From a virus: a stretch of 32,958 bases of DNA. Within the stretch, counting starts at the first letter, position 1; every line of letters begins with the position of its first letter. This document shows positions 31,787 to 32,958 of the stretch, in pieces. The notes beneath the pieces were generated by a model. That model was not told the origin of the DNA. It saw only the letters and a program-made list of their open reading frames with translations, and searched no databases. The translations under genes were made by a program, and so were the position numbers. The stretch is taken from positions 1 through 32,958 of IMG/VR virus record IMGVR_UViG_3300017613_000633; one strand, written 5' to 3'.

Positions 31787-32218
31787 ATGATAAAAATTAA
31801 ACGCTTAACAAGTAACGCAAAAATACCAACACTATCAAACCCTAATGATGCTGGTTTAGATTTATGTACCACTATCAATGTGGATATACTACCTGGTTGC
31901 CGCGCAACGCTACCAACTGGATTAGCTTTTGCGTTGCCAGTCGGTACTGTTGGTCTTGTATGGCCTCGTAGTAAGTTAGCTAGTAAATGGGGCTTGGACA
32001 TACTTGCTGGCGTTGTGGATTGCGATTACAGGGGTGAGGTTATGGTTAGCGTAATCAACTTAGGTCATAAAATAATAGAGTTGCGAGAAGGTGACAAAAT
32101 AGCGCAGATGATAGTCCAAGAGCATAAAAGTGGATTACCTATTGTTGAGACTAATGACCTTGATGAAACCGTTCGCGGCAAGGCTGGAATTAATGACACT
32201 GAAATAAGATTAAATTAA
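31787..32218 (+). CDS. dut: Trimeric dUTPase
   Basis: Motifs AGLDL, PRSKLASKWGL, GVVDCDYRGEV and GDKIAQM are present. The C-terminal motif V is degenerate (RGKAGINDTE). Confidence 0.9.
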   Translation: MIKIKRLTSNAKIPTLSNPNDAGLDLCTTINVDILPGCRATLPTGLAFALPVGTVGLVWPRSKLASKWGLDILAGVVDCDYRGEVMVSVINLGHKIIELREGDKIAQMIVQEHKSGLPIVETNDLDETVRGKAGINDTEIRLN

Positions 32219-32220
32219 TC

Positions 32221-32260
32221 ATACAAAAGTGTTTACATTGATACAGAAGTGTTTTATTAT
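32221..32260 (+). promoter_or_regulatory. Promoter with two 15-nt direct repeats (copy A of a shared motif)
   Basis: ATACAAAAGTGTTTA (32221-32235) and ATACAGAAGTGTTTT (32241-32255), period 20 nt. -35 TTTACA (32232-32237), 17-nt spacer, -10 TATTAT (32255-32260). Confidence 0.5.
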
Positions 32261-32291
32261 AGTTTCAAGCTAACAAAACGGAAGAAATAAA

Positions 32292-32450
32292 ATGAAAGCA
32301 ACTATTGAGAACTACATGGATTGCAAAAGTGAAAAAGAGTTTGATTTTTTGGGGTCGCTACAAAAAGACGACTCTTTTGATGGGGTTGAAAGTATTGACC
32401 CTTGTTATTTAGGCGGTGATTTTCACAGTGTTCAGATTCATTATTATTAA
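32292..32450 (+). CDS. Small acidic protein (52 aa)
   Basis: SD GGAAG upstream. Translation: MKATIENYMDCKSEKEFDFLGSLQKDDSFDGVESIDPCYLGGDFHSVQIHYY*. It has 11 D/E versus 4 K/R and is below the ORF-track cutoff. Confidence 0.5.
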   Translation: MKATIENYMDCKSEKEFDFLGSLQKDDSFDGVESIDPCYLGGDFHSVQIHYY

Positions 32451-32500
32451 TCAACCAACACTTAAGGGCTACCAACATCAACTAAACGGGAGTTAGAAAA

Positions 32501-32788
32501 ATGTTAAACCACTTAATCGAAGAAGATGAACCAAGTAAGTTAGAATTAGCAACTGAACATCATTGGGATGAGCTAAACGGAAGGGGTATTACAACATTCT
32601 CTGATGACGAAGAAACTCGCGTCATAGACATGGACATAATAACCCAAGATTGCCTTAATGATTTTAGGCTTTTAGGACTTTATGAGACAACCAACGAGGG
32701 CTTGCCATTTATTGAGGCTTTAAGGGATAAGATACGCACTATGAAAAATGATTTAATGGAAACGGCTCTTGAGGACTTTTATTCATGA
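32501..32788 (+). CDS. Small strongly acidic protein (95 aa)
   Basis: SD GGGAG upstream. By my count it has 24 D/E versus 8 K/R. Confidence 0.65.
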   Translation: MLNHLIEEDEPSKLELATEHHWDELNGRGITTFSDDEETRVIDMDIITQDCLNDFRLLGLYETTNEGLPFIEALRDKIRTMKNDLMETALEDFYS

Positions 32789-32958
32789 CTTATATTGATA
32801 TTATAACAAAAGCAAAAGGCAGGCAAAGTTTGTCGTCACTATCTAGGCGCTCTGGTGTTGGAGTCACTACAATCCATAACTGGATTACGGGGCATTCTAC
32901 TCCTACCATGTTAAATCTCACGGCGTTTATTGTCTCTTGCGGGTATGCTGGATTTAAA
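32785..32958 (+). CDS. Small HTH DNA-binding protein, 5' part (continues at 2..160 across the circular junction)
   Basis: ATG 32785 overlaps the upstream stop (ATGA). The ORF is open to the window end and in phase with 2..160. Confidence 0.6.
   Translation, partial: MTYIDIITKAKGRQSLSSLSRRSGVGVTTIHNWITGHSTPTMLNLTAFIVSCGYAGFK
32838..32958. repeat. Terminal direct repeat, copy 2 (identical to 1..121)
   Basis: Base-for-base identity with 1-121. Confidence 0.95.

Noticed and set aside
31756-32001. 81-aa minus-strand ORF
   Set aside because: It is antisense to the clearly recognisable dUTPase gene.
1-32958. Looked for a lysogeny module (integrase, CI-type repressor, att), reverse transcriptase (DGR or retron), and transposase or IS ends
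   Set aside because: No translation shows tyrosine or serine recombinase, RT (YxDD) or DDE motifs. The 121-bp end repeat is direct and window-terminal (circular closure), not IS inverted repeats.

Overview
The window is one complete, circularly closed dsDNA phage genome. Positions 1-121 are repeated exactly at 32838-32958, so the unit length is 32,837 bp. About 85% of it is transcribed leftward on the minus strand.

Leftward early/replication operon (28472 -> 25098): Arc-like RHH protein, NinB/Orf-like protein, YbcO/DUF1364-like protein, small ORFs, replisome organizer and DnaB helicase.

Leftward late operon (25027 -> 782):
- small HTH protein, membrane proteins, and a block of structural-looking genes
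- terS, terL and a P22-type portal
- scaffold, P22-type coat, gp4-like adaptor, a 545-aa beta-rich protein and a gp10-like hub
- a run of low-complexity Q/N/G-rich putative ejection proteins
- a tailspike/fiber with a P22-like head-binding N-terminus
- a terminal cluster of small membrane proteins, which are the lysis candidates

Rightward genes (28603 -> 32958 -> 410 across the junction):
- a recombination/nucleotide module: 170-aa unknown, YqaJ exonuclease, SSB, PD-(D/E)XK resolvase-like nuclease, a frame-broken DUF3310 gene, a truncated DNA methyltransferase remnant and dUTPase
- a separately promoted operon of two small acidic proteins followed by small HTH proteins

Two small plus-strand gene islands are embedded antisense in the leftward structural operon: between capsid and adaptor, and between portal and scaffold.

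I found no tRNA, rRNA, CRISPR array, integrase, CI-type repressor, reverse transcriptase, primase or recognisable endolysin. The phage is probably a virulent P22-like podovirus of an unidentified Gram-negative host, which is inference only.

All family assignments come from reading the translations and recalling motifs. No database search was run.
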